Position numbers and translations under genes: made by a program | Virus record (IMG/VR): IMGVR_UViG_3300044974_000700 | Coordinates: 21,554-85,553 of that record | Origin: a virus | DNA length: 64,000 nt | Direction: 5' to 3' (one strand) | Notes under the pieces: generated by a model | The model's database searches: none | The model's input: only the letters and a program-made list of their open reading frames with translations | What the model was told of the DNA's origin: nothing | Shown: in pieces, positions 1-7,627 of the stretch | Position numbering within the stretch: position 1 is the first letter of the stretch | Layout of the letters: each line of letters begins with the position of its first letter

Positions 1-29
1 ATTATCCCTACTAACAGAAAGTAAAAAAA

Positions 30-287
30 ATGCGTAATAGATTTAGAATTGAAATCTATGATGAAAATAAGTTAAACGATTTAACTCTTTACTCAGAACA
101 AGGCGTAGATAAAGAATACTTAACTGAAATGGTGTTTTCTAATTTATCTCAATTTTCTGGTAAAGTAAAAGCATATGTCTATGATGAATTAAAAAAGAAA
201 AAGACAGTTGCTTTATTAATACCTGAAGAAACTGTAACTAAATATAAACCAAAACAATTAACTAGAATTGAGTTAGGTTTAATTTAA
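30..287 (+). CDS. hypothetical early protein
   Basis: 85-aa ORF, AGAAAG upstream, followed by hairpin. Confidence 0.7.
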   Translation: MRNRFRIEIYDENKLNDLTLYSEQGVDKEYLTEMVFSNLSQFSGKVKAYVYDELKKKKTVALLIPEETVTKYKPKQLTRIELGLI

Positions 288-291
288 AATA

Positions 292-338
292 ATTGGGGCG
301 GGTTTGAACTGTGTAATCATCTAGATCCCCGCCCCAAT
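292..338 (+). terminator. long-loop GC-rich hairpin, probable terminator
   Basis: ATTGGGGCGGG(292-302)/CCCGCCCCAAT(328-338) inverted repeat just after stop. Confidence 0.55.
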
Positions 339-346
339 CAAATTTT

Positions 347-438
347 GCCCGCAAAGACTGTGGGGGCACAAAGCTCTTTACGTCAAATTATAAAAATCCC
401 TTAAATTAATTGTAAATGTCAGTGGCACCTGTTATAAT
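347..438 (+). promoter_or_regulatory. early cassette 1: GCCCG-N26-TTACG element plus sigmaA-like promoter
   Basis: GCCCG 347, TTACG 378; TTGTAA(410)-N17-TATAAT(433) with TGTCAGTG 417-424. Confidence 0.7.
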
Positions 439-461
439 AATGGCCTAGCGAAAGGAAAAGT

Positions 462-1178
462 ATGTTAAAACGCTCGAAAGATAGAAAGGTCGCTAATGCC
501 GTCTCCCCTAATGGAAAAACCCCAACAATTGCCAACACTTTTGGATTGCCTGCTGGAAAGAATTTCTCGTGTCCTGGTGCCACAAGTATTTGTGAAAGCG
601 TATGCTACGCAGGAAAACTTGAAAAAGTCTACAAGGGAGTAAAAGCCGTACTCTTACACAATTGGGAATTGCTACGCAATGCAGACCATGACACTATGGT
701 ATCCCTAATTGATAGCATGATTGTGGAATTCAAGGCGGAATGCGATAAGCGTTCTGCAGATAAACTATTCCGCATTCACTGGGATGGCGATTTCTTTAAT
801 GATACTTATGCATATGCGTGGAAGACAGTAATCGAAAGCCATAAGGATGTTCAATTTTGGGTATATACTCGTGTCTCTTCTGCCGCCGTCATTCTAAAAG
901 ATATTTCTAACCTATCTCTTTATTATTCTACCGATGATGAGAATAAAGATATTGCTGCAGGCCTACGCAATGAACACGGTACACGTCTTGCATATTTAGG
1001 AAAAACTTTTGCAGTCACCGAAACTACTATGAAAGAATTAACGGGTAAAGTGGGTGCAAAGTGTCCTGAAAATAATAAATCAATTCCGCTAATATCTACT
1101 AATGGTAGCGCATGTGTATCATGCGGATTGTGTGTATTTAATAAAGCAGATATTCGATTTTCTGCAAGCAAAAAATAA
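462..1178 (+). CDS. Gp88-like Cys-rich protein (radical-SAM-like Fe-S motif)
   Basis: CPGATSIC..VCYA, FRIHWDGDF, WVYTR, C-terminal CVSCGLC; RBS CGAAAGGAA. Confidence 0.7.
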   Translation: MLKRSKDRKVANAVSPNGKTPTIANTFGLPAGKNFSCPGATSICESVCYAGKLEKVYKGVKAVLLHNWELLRNADHDTMVSLIDSMIVEFKAECDKRSADKLFRIHWDGDFFNDTYAYAWKTVIESHKDVQFWVYTRVSSAAVILKDISNLSLYYSTDDENKDIAAGLRNEHGTRLAYLGKTFAVTETTMKELTGKVGAKCPENNKSIPLISTNGSACVSCGLCVFNKADIRFSASKK

Positions 1179-1195
1179 GATCGGCAGCGAAAGCT

Positions 1196-1336
1196 GCCCG
1201 CAAGAACTGTGGGGGCGCCGAGCTCTTTACGTCAAGTCCAAAACACCCCTGGATTTTGTGATAATGCTCACAGATGTCCAATTTGCCCCATCTTACATCT
1301 AATCTATTGCCAAATGTCGGTGGGGTAGTGTATAAT
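1196..1336 (+). promoter_or_regulatory. early cassette 2 with perfect CRP-type box
   Basis: GCCCG 1196, TTACG 1227; TGTGA-N6-TCACA 1257-1272; TTGCCA(1307)-N18-TATAAT(1331) with TGTCGGTG. Confidence 0.7.
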
Positions 1337-1371
1337 TCAGATTCAATCTAACAATGAAAGGAAATAAATTC

Positions 1372-2382
1372 ATGGCTCACAACCTAGAAATGAATGGCAA
1401 CGATGTTGCTTTTGCCCTACGTGGCACACCTGCTTGGCATAATCTTGCCAATCGTATCTTCTCACAAGATGAAGACGTATCAACTCAACTAATGCTAGAT
1501 GAGGCTAAACTTTCCAATTGGGATGTTCGCTTATCTCCATTATCCGATTTTGTTCCTGCTGATTGGAATGAAACTTCAGATTCACAATTAGTTATTAGAA
1601 CTAATCCATTTACAAATGGAACTGATGTTTTATCTACTGTAGGCTCACGATATAAAGTGGTTCAGAATGAAGAACTATTTTCATTCGCTGATAATATCCT
1701 AGATGGCGATTCTCGCTGTGCTTGGGAATCTGCTGGTTCATTAAAGAATGGTAAAGTCGTTTTCGGCTCCCTTACTGTTCCCCGTGAAATGGTATTAGAC
1801 CCACAAGGTGCTAACGATACAACAAAATTGTATCTAATCGTTTGGACATCTCACGATGGTTCTGTCGCTGTTCAAGCAGCAATCACGCCTGTGCGTGTTG
1901 TATGCCAAAACACTTTGAATCTCGCAATGCGCTCTGCTAAGCAATCTTTCAAGATTCGCCATACTCAGACCGCTGAGGGTAAGATTCAAATCGCTCGTGA
2001 AACTCTTGGTCTAACTCTTGGATACTTTGATGCGTTCGAGAAAGAGGCTCAGGAATTGTTCAAGTCAGAAATTACTGATAAGCAATTTTCTGAACTTATC
2101 AAGACTATTTATCCTAAGCCTGCGGAAGATGCTTCCAAATTGGCTTTAACTAAGTGGGAGAATAAAGTTGTCTTGCTTGATGACCTTTATCATAATTCTC
2201 CAACGAATGCTAATATCAAGGGAACTAAGTGGGGCGCATTCAACGCTCTAACTGAACGCCTTGATTATTTCCGACCAACTCGGAAAAATAATTCAGAATC
2301 TAAGTGGGCTTCTGCTTCAGGTTTTGACCCGATTATTACTGCTGAGAAAAATAAAATTCTTCAAGTTGTAAAATCATTCTAA
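1372..2382 (+). CDS. DUF932 (TIGR03299-like) phage/plasmid protein
   Basis: MAHNLE start, PAWH, YKVVQNEE, ESAGSL..G, SHDGS, RVVCQNT, KIRHT, TKWGAFNALTE motifs. Confidence 0.85.
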   Translation: MAHNLEMNGNDVAFALRGTPAWHNLANRIFSQDEDVSTQLMLDEAKLSNWDVRLSPLSDFVPADWNETSDSQLVIRTNPFTNGTDVLSTVGSRYKVVQNEELFSFADNILDGDSRCAWESAGSLKNGKVVFGSLTVPREMVLDPQGANDTTKLYLIVWTSHDGSVAVQAAITPVRVVCQNTLNLAMRSAKQSFKIRHTQTAEGKIQIARETLGLTLGYFDAFEKEAQELFKSEITDKQFSELIKTIYPKPAEDASKLALTKWENKVVLLDDLYHNSPTNANIKGTKWGAFNALTERLDYFRPTRKNNSESKWASASGFDPIITAEKNKILQVVKSF

Positions 2383-2387
2383 AGAAT

Positions 2388-2416
2388 GGGGCCCCGCAAG
2401 GGGCCCCTCCTCTTTG
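2388..2416 (+). terminator. intrinsic terminator
   Basis: GGGGCCCC-GCAA-GGGGCCCC followed by pyrimidine tract. Confidence 0.75.
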
Positions 2417-2441
2417 ATCTAATTTGACAAAGCTGCAAAAC

Positions 2442-2534
2442 GCCCGCAGAAGCTAAAGGCAGAAAATGTGTTTTACGTCACATTTTAAAAATCCTCTAAA
2501 ACCCTGGACTTTTGTCAGTGAGGTCCGCTATAAT
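2442..2534 (+). promoter_or_regulatory. early cassette 3
   Basis: GCCCG 2442, TTACG 2473; TGGACT(2505)-N18-TATAAT(2529) with TGTCAGTG 2513-2520. Confidence 0.7.
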
Positions 2535-2561
2535 ACTCCACATAACAACGAAAGGAATAAA

Positions 2562-3032
2562 ATGGAAACAGTAACAAATGATATGTATAACCCACATTCA
2601 TTGGTAACTCTTAAGAAGATTATCAATACAGAAAGCGGAGATGTACAGTTTGAACTATATAAGGTTACAGAACTAGAATCAGTTCTAGATGAAATGACTC
2701 GTCGCAATAATCTTATTTCACAACGTATCGAAGCACAAGAAAAACAAATTGGTCAGATTATAGATAACTTAACTGCACAGGGTTGGTATAACCCTAATTA
2801 TGAGAAGTCAGAAGTTTTGTCAGACCTATGTGATATTCTTGGCCATGAACCAAAGCAAGAAATTCGTATTACTGCAACCGTGCAGGTTGAAGTTGTATAT
2901 GACTGCCCACTTGATGAGGTTGAAGACTTTGACGCAAGATATTTCTTGCAAGATGTACTTACAGTTGATGCATATAATGGAGATGTCATTGTTGAGTCAT
3001 TCGATGTTGAAGATGCGGACGTGAACTGGTAA
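2562..3032 (+). CDS. hypothetical acidic early protein
   Basis: start moved to ATG after AACGAAAGGAA RBS. Confidence 0.7.
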   Translation: METVTNDMYNPHSLVTLKKIINTESGDVQFELYKVTELESVLDEMTRRNNLISQRIEAQEKQIGQIIDNLTAQGWYNPNYEKSEVLSDLCDILGHEPKQEIRITATVQVEVVYDCPLDEVEDFDARYFLQDVLTVDAYNGDVIVESFDVEDADVNW

Positions 3033-3244
3033 TGTATTATCAATTACAGGCACCCACTAGCGCAGCCTGCAAGGCTGCCTATTGGGAGGCAGAGTTTTCA
3101 GGGCTTGACCCATATTGGCTTGAATCTAATGTATTTGAATTAGGAACAGGAAGCATTGAAAAAGTTTCTGCCTTGATTTCCAAATATAATCTTGATATAC
3201 TAGTTGAATCAGATTATCAACCAACTGGTTACACAAGGAGGTAG
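3032..3244 (+). CDS. hypothetical protein
   Basis: TAATG coupling to upstream gene. Confidence 0.65.
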   Translation: MYYQLQAPTSAACKAAYWEAEFSGLDPYWLESNVFELGTGSIEKVSALISKYNLDILVESDYQPTGYTRR

Positions 3245-3245
3245 T

Positions 3246-3410
3246 ATGGATTACAAAGACGGTTTTGAAGACGGAGTTAAGTTTACTCGTGAAGTCATCA
3301 TTGCTAATATTCGTAAATGGGCTGAGGATTCTATTCTTGGAGAAGAAGGAGCAATTATGGATAGCATTGCAGATAAAATCGAATTTGGGACATTAGACAA
3401 TGACCTCTGA
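3246..3410 (+). CDS. hypothetical protein
   Basis: AAGGAGG RBS before MDYKDG. Confidence 0.6.
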   Translation: MDYKDGFEDGVKFTREVIIANIRKWAEDSILGEEGAIMDSIADKIEFGTLDNDL

Positions 3411-3621
3411 GGATCTTACAATAGAATGGATTAAATGTGATTCTTGCTCTGCCCGTGCAGCTTGGGTTGCACGTGGTACTAGTGGTGAGCTTACATTTTG
3501 TGGACACCATTTAAATAAGAATAAGCAGGCCCTTGACAGTTGGGCCTATGAAATTATAGAATTGGGTAAAGAAGAACTACCTAAAAAACAAACTAGACGA
3601 AAGGCGGTACAAAATGGGTGA
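3400..3621 (+). CDS. small Zn-finger-like protein (CxxC...CxHH)
   Basis: CDSC and CGHH motifs. Confidence 0.6.
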   Translation: MTSEDLTIEWIKCDSCSARAAWVARGTSGELTFCGHHLNKNKQALDSWAYEIIELGKEELPKKQTRRKAVQNG

Positions 3622-4018
3622 CAGAGCAAACTTTGTATTTGTTCAACCAAGCGGAGAAACCATTGTTTTATACGGACACTGGGCAGGACATGGCATGTTA
3701 GAAAAATTAGGTGAGGCTGTAGCAAAAGCACAGCCACGCTGGACGGACCCTTCATATGCTACACGAATTGCTATCAGTCAAATGATTGGCGACGGATGGG
3801 GCATGGAAACTGGATGGGGCCTGCAGGTCAATGAGATATCTGATAATGAGCACAAGATTCCTGTGATTAATTGGATAGACCAAACAATGTCTCTGCATGA
3901 AGAGGATTCATTCTATAACGAATCTAATAAGGTCCGTGGAATGAAGAACGACGCTATATTTACCATGGACTTGAGAACGTTTGTAGAGAAATACACAGAC
4001 GCCAAGATTTTGGTATAA
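3614..4018 (+). CDS. conserved-looking hypothetical phage protein (MGDRAN...LYGHWAG)
   Basis: GAAAGG RBS, overlapping operon structure. Confidence 0.7.
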   Translation: MGDRANFVFVQPSGETIVLYGHWAGHGMLEKLGEAVAKAQPRWTDPSYATRIAISQMIGDGWGMETGWGLQVNEISDNEHKIPVINWIDQTMSLHEEDSFYNESNKVRGMKNDAIFTMDLRTFVEKYTDAKILV

Positions 4019-4020
4019 TA

Positions 4021-4149
4021 TTAATAATGAGGTGCCGCTACTAGCGATTCCGCAAGTGGTTAACTAAAGCAGCGTTTACTTAAATTCCTTTCGTTTGGCT
4101 AGCAGCCTCATGTTAATAGGGCCCCTGGAATCCAGGGGCCCTTCCTTTT
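4021..4149 (+). ncRNA. candidate sRNA with exposed anti-Shine-Dalgarno (UUCCUUUCGUU)
   Basis: extended -10 TGGTATAAT 4011-4019; outer stem 4021-4035/4102-4116; terminator 4118-4149; only ORF is the 5-codon MRCRY. Confidence 0.5.
4118..4149 (+). terminator. intrinsic terminator
   Basis: AGGGCCCCTGG-AAT-CCAGGGGCCCT then TCCTTTT. Confidence 0.75.
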
Positions 4150-4288
4150 GCCCGTAGTTTGTGAGGGTAGCAAAAGCTTGTTACGTTGTCAAGCCAAAAT
4201 CCCCTAAAATTGTGAGGTTTTGATCACAAACCTTACACTACATGTGAGGTTTATCATATAGACATTTGTCAGTGGGTGGATGTATAAT
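4150..4288 (+). promoter_or_regulatory. early cassette 4
   Basis: GCCCG 4150, TTACG 4181; TGTGA-N6-TCATA 4243-4258; TAGACA(4259)-N18-TATAAT(4283) with TGTCAGTG. Confidence 0.7.
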
Positions 4289-4313
4289 AATGCCAATAAC
4301 GAAAGGAAATAAT

Positions 4314-5063
4314 ATGCCAAACTGGGTATATAACGGATTAACTATAGAGGGAAATCCACAATTAGTCAATACATTGGTAGCACAATTAAATAAGCCATTT
4401 GTTCAAGTTCATGATTCATGGAACATGGAAAATGGTCAAATGGAAAAAAAGCAAACTACATATCCTAATCCTGTATTTGCATTTCATAATATCTATAATC
4501 ATTTACAAGCAAGTATTACTGAATATGAATATCTTCAGCAACCCGACCATAAATTACCAATTGCAGAACAAATGAAATTTGCAACAAATGATTGGTATTC
4601 ATTTAATGTTCGTGAATGGGGAACAAAATGGGATGTTGCTGTATCTTCAGATAATGAATATCCTGATACATATATTGAAGGACCTACTCCTAATGGAGAG
4701 AATCTAGTTGTATATTATAATTTTAATACTGCTTGGTCTCCACCGTTCCCTGCCCTTGCAAAATTATCTGCACAATATCCAGCATTACTACTTACACTTA
4801 GTTATGAAGAAGAAACAGGTTGGGGTGGTGAATGTGAATTCCTACGTGGTGAAATGATATCTAATTCAGAATATGAAAGCATGTGTCGTGATTGTGAAGC
4901 AACAGATACATTAGATTATTGTGAGAATGACTGTGGCCAAATCTGTTCTAAATGTAATTGGCTTGGGGAGGCAGACCTAGAATGTGTCAAAGAATGTCAG
5001 ACCCATAAGATATACTTGGATTCCGAGCATGTCCCTGATTATAGAATGGAGCAAATCAAATGA
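4314..5063 (+). CDS. DUF1281/YubB-like ferredoxin-fold protein with Cys-rich C-terminus
   Basis: MPNWVYN start, WGTKWD, FNTAWSPP, YEEETG motifs; AACGAAAGGAA RBS. Confidence 0.75.
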   Translation: MPNWVYNGLTIEGNPQLVNTLVAQLNKPFVQVHDSWNMENGQMEKKQTTYPNPVFAFHNIYNHLQASITEYEYLQQPDHKLPIAEQMKFATNDWYSFNVREWGTKWDVAVSSDNEYPDTYIEGPTPNGENLVVYYNFNTAWSPPFPALAKLSAQYPALLLTLSYEEETGWGGECEFLRGEMISNSEYESMCRDCEATDTLDYCENDCGQICSKCNWLGEADLECVKECQTHKIYLDSEHVPDYRMEQIK

Positions 5064-5284
5064 GTTTCCTAGAAGAAGCCAACATTAACCAAATGGTTAT
5101 TGATTATGAGATACAAGTAATATCAGAACATCTATTTGATGAATGGATGAATTCTAATTTAGATGAAGGTTCATTTTATGCAGATTATCAATTTGCAGTA
5201 ATGTGTGATTCTAAAGAGATTAAACAAGCATTTAATCAATTCTATAATTTAAAGGAGGATGATGAACATTATGTTGGGTTATAA
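5060..5284 (+). CDS. hypothetical acidic protein
   Basis: ATGA overlap with upstream gene. Confidence 0.6.
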   Translation: MSFLEEANINQMVIDYEIQVISEHLFDEWMNSNLDEGSFYADYQFAVMCDSKEIKQAFNQFYNLKEDDEHYVGL

Positions 5285-5420
5285 ATTAAAAGATGTAGAA
5301 GAAATGGTTGAAGGTTTATTGAATGTACATGAATCTTTACCTGATTCTAGGAATAAAGAAGAAGTTTGGTTAGCCGCCGACTTTTTAATTGGATTAATGG
5401 AAGAGGGGCATGTTCAATAA
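5271..5420 (+). CDS. small hypothetical protein (49 aa, MLGYKLKD...)
   Basis: AAAGGAGG RBS, fills gap, TAATG coupling to next gene; not in ORF track. Confidence 0.55.
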   Translation: MLGYKLKDVEEMVEGLLNVHESLPDSRNKEEVWLAADFLIGLMEEGHVQ

Positions 5421-5641
5421 TGGAATCAGAATACATTCGTAGAACTGGTCAACTGAAAGAATATATAAAGCTCCATATAATTAGTTTGGAACAAGACTTA
5501 GAGGGAATTGCTGAACAAATGGAAATGCTTGACCCTGAATCTAAGGAATGTAAAGAACTAGATTTTGAATATAATCATTGGAGTGGGCAATTGCTTTCTG
5601 CCCGCCACATTTTGTCAGTGGCAGAGGATATACTAGGATGA
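5420..5641 (+). CDS. hypothetical coiled-coil protein
   Basis: MESEYIRR start coupled to upstream stop. Confidence 0.6.
   Translation: MESEYIRRTGQLKEYIKLHIISLEQDLEGIAEQMEMLDPESKECKELDFEYNHWSGQLLSARHILSVAEDILG
5613..5634 (+). promoter_or_regulatory. internal early-type promoter
   Basis: TGTCAGTG-N8-TATACT, same geometry as cassettes 1-4; ATG 5641 lies 6 nt past the -10. Confidence 0.5.
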
Positions 5642-5913
5642 TGTACACAACTGAACTACCAGACAATCTACAGAAACTTGTCGACATGAACATCCCTGGA
5701 ACCGATATCTTGCACGGTGAACTTAAGTGGCTAATGAAAGAGGCCGAAGAGCAACTGGAGTTGGCACAGGAGGCAGAGAACAAGACTGGCGAAGCCATGG
5801 ATTCCATGGACCGCAAATATTGGGAGGGACAGTTAGACGCTCTCTCACATGTATATGCATTAACATACCAATTAGCATTTGCAATAGACGAAAGGACAAA
5901 AGCACGTGGCTGA
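5641..5913 (+). CDS. hypothetical protein
   Basis: MYTTELP..., YWEGQLDAL motif. Confidence 0.6.
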   Translation: MYTTELPDNLQKLVDMNIPGTDILHGELKWLMKEAEEQLELAQEAENKTGEAMDSMDRKYWEGQLDALSHVYALTYQLAFAIDERTKARG

Positions 5914-6256
5914 ATTAGATCTAAATAAACTATATAACGATATGGTTGATATCAATGACAGGATTACCAAACTTCCTGTATTCCCGTCCCTTGGCTGGGT
6001 ATGGACCTTTGACATCTTAAAAGATATCTTTGATAACAATCATGAAGACGGTATGGCTGAAGGTGACATCATTGATGAGGTCGTTCCTACTGCAGTTACC
6101 TTACAACAAATCTTTAATAAGTTCTACGAAGACATCGACAAGTTGGACCTTAACATGGACCAAGGTGGCGAAATGTTGGAGGAGACAATCAGAGACTGGA
6201 TGAGAGACAACGACTTCCTCGTTGCTCTAGACGAAGACGGGTGGTTAGATGACTAG
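5906..6256 (+). CDS. hypothetical acidic protein
   Basis: GTG start after ACGAAAGGA. Confidence 0.65.
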   Translation: MAELDLNKLYNDMVDINDRITKLPVFPSLGWVWTFDILKDIFDNNHEDGMAEGDIIDEVVPTAVTLQQIFNKFYEDIDKLDLNMDQGGEMLEETIRDWMRDNDFLVALDEDGWLDD

Positions 6257-6422
6257 AAAAGACTATAAGGTATTTGGGGACAAGTTGTCCAAGTACTATG
6301 TAACAATCAATGCCGAGTCCCCTGACATTGCGTGGGAGGCGGCGGCAGGCATGGATACACATCAATGGGAACAGGTCCCAACTGATTATATAATCGAACC
6401 ATATGCAGTAGAAGAAATATAA
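6249..6422 (+). CDS. small hypothetical protein (57 aa, MTRKDYKV...)
   Basis: manual translation; overlaps upstream stop. Confidence 0.5.
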   Translation: MTRKDYKVFGDKLSKYYVTINAESPDIAWEAAAGMDTHQWEQVPTDYIIEPYAVEEI

Positions 6423-6569
6423 TAGATCTATGAGCTTTGTCTTGAAATCGGACATTTCGGACAAAAGCTATGGGCAAAGGGCCCAAAAAATGCTTTACGC
6501 AGGTATTTACAAATTCGTGGAAATCTGCTAAAATATACATTAATAACTGATCATGAAAGGATCAAACAA

Positions 6570-6719
6570 ATGACTACACCAACAACTACACGTGAATATC
6601 TAAAGGCCCAGGGAATTACCGTGGGCAAGCGTGGTCGCTTCTCAGCTGCAGCAAAGAATGCAATCTCAGAGGCTTCTAAGAAGGGCGTTGTCTTCTCAGA
6701 CAAGAAGAACGTCAAGTAA
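6570..6719 (+). CDS. stand-alone Lsr2-like DNA-binding domain (49 aa)
   Basis: TREYLKAQGITVGKRGRFS resembles the Lsr2 C-terminal RGR AT-hook motif; GAAAGGA RBS; TGCTAAAAT -10 upstream. Confidence 0.7.
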   Translation: MTTPTTTREYLKAQGITVGKRGRFSAAAKNAISEASKKGVVFSDKKNVK

Positions 6720-6731
6720 CAATAGATGTGG

Positions 6732-6787
6732 TCCCCTGCAGCCTCTGGTGGGAAAACTGGGAGGGTTGCGGGGGATTCACCTTTTTG
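6732..6787 (+). terminator. hairpin plus T tract
   Basis: TCCCCTGCAGCCTCT...GGAGGGTTGCGGGGGA with G-U pairs, then CTTTTTG. Confidence 0.5.
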
Positions 6788-6817
6788 ATATAATGCTAAC
6801 AAAGAAAGGCGGACACA

Positions 6818-7147
6818 ATGGCAAAATCATCAGAAGAAAAACTAGCAGAGAAAATCACAGACGAACTGTCTAATCATTATTTTAATGTATCAGTTCTAGC
6901 AAATGTCCTAACTACTTATTATCCTATTTATACACAAGATAGGTTAATGGAATTAGTTAAATATATCATCAAGTATAACTCTATTCGGATGAAATCCGAA
7001 TGGGAAGCCAATGAAGTCACCAGCGACGGATTATTGTTGGCGGATGCTCTAAATGATTTAATAGAAACCCTAAGACCTGAACCTCCACTAGTAATAAATC
7101 AAAGAATAAGAGATTCCAAATATCTAATGGATTTGGATAGCTTCTAA
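6818..7147 (+). CDS. hypothetical protein
   Basis: TGATATAAT promoter and GAAAGG RBS upstream. Confidence 0.7.
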   Translation: MAKSSEEKLAEKITDELSNHYFNVSVLANVLTTYYPIYTQDRLMELVKYIIKYNSIRMKSEWEANEVTSDGLLLADALNDLIETLRPEPPLVINQRIRDSKYLMDLDSF

Positions 7148-7172
7148 TTAAATAAATATATCTAGCCCAATT

Positions 7173-7210
7173 AGCACATATAACTTTAAATAGTTATATG
7201 TGCTTTTTGT
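7173..7210 (+). terminator. terminator ending the early + strand block
   Basis: AGCACATATAACT-N6-AGTTATATGTGCT-TTTT. Confidence 0.75.
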
Positions 7211-7214
7211 TGTG

Positions 7215-7620
7215 CAAAATTATGGGCCAAATATTCTTTTTACGACAATTGATCAAAATCGTGGAAATTTCATATCATATCGATCAAAATCTGTCAATAA
7301 TATAACAGAATGTTATATAAATGTGACAAAATTGATCAAAATCATGTGGGCCAATTTGATCATTTACGAACAATTTTCAAAAATCGTGGAAATTTTATAT
7401 GAAATCTATTGACAAATATTGATCAATATGCCACATTTGACATTACGGCGTATGAAATGATATGCTCAATTACTCATATATCTTTTTGTTATAAATATGA
7501 TAGTAATTGCTAGATAATTAATAGCATAATTCTCCACTTTGCTCCACAATTCTCCATTTTAAAATAGCCAGAATGGCCTATAACAGGAGATAAATTGGAG
7601 GGGGATGATAGGAGGTCTAC
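7215..7620. repeat. non-coding repeat-rich junction (possible ori or terminal-repeat boundary)
   Basis: two GGGCCAA-..-TTTACGA-..-AAAATCGTGGAAATTT units, five GATC, CTCCA x3 at 10-bp spacing. Confidence 0.5.
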
Positions 7621-7627
7621 TTTGGAT

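Noticed and set aside
4040-4095. Reading TTCCTTTCGTT as the RBS of a minus-strand gene
   Set aside because: No ATG/GTG/TTG at SD distance on the minus strand, and flanking promoter and terminator point in the + direction.
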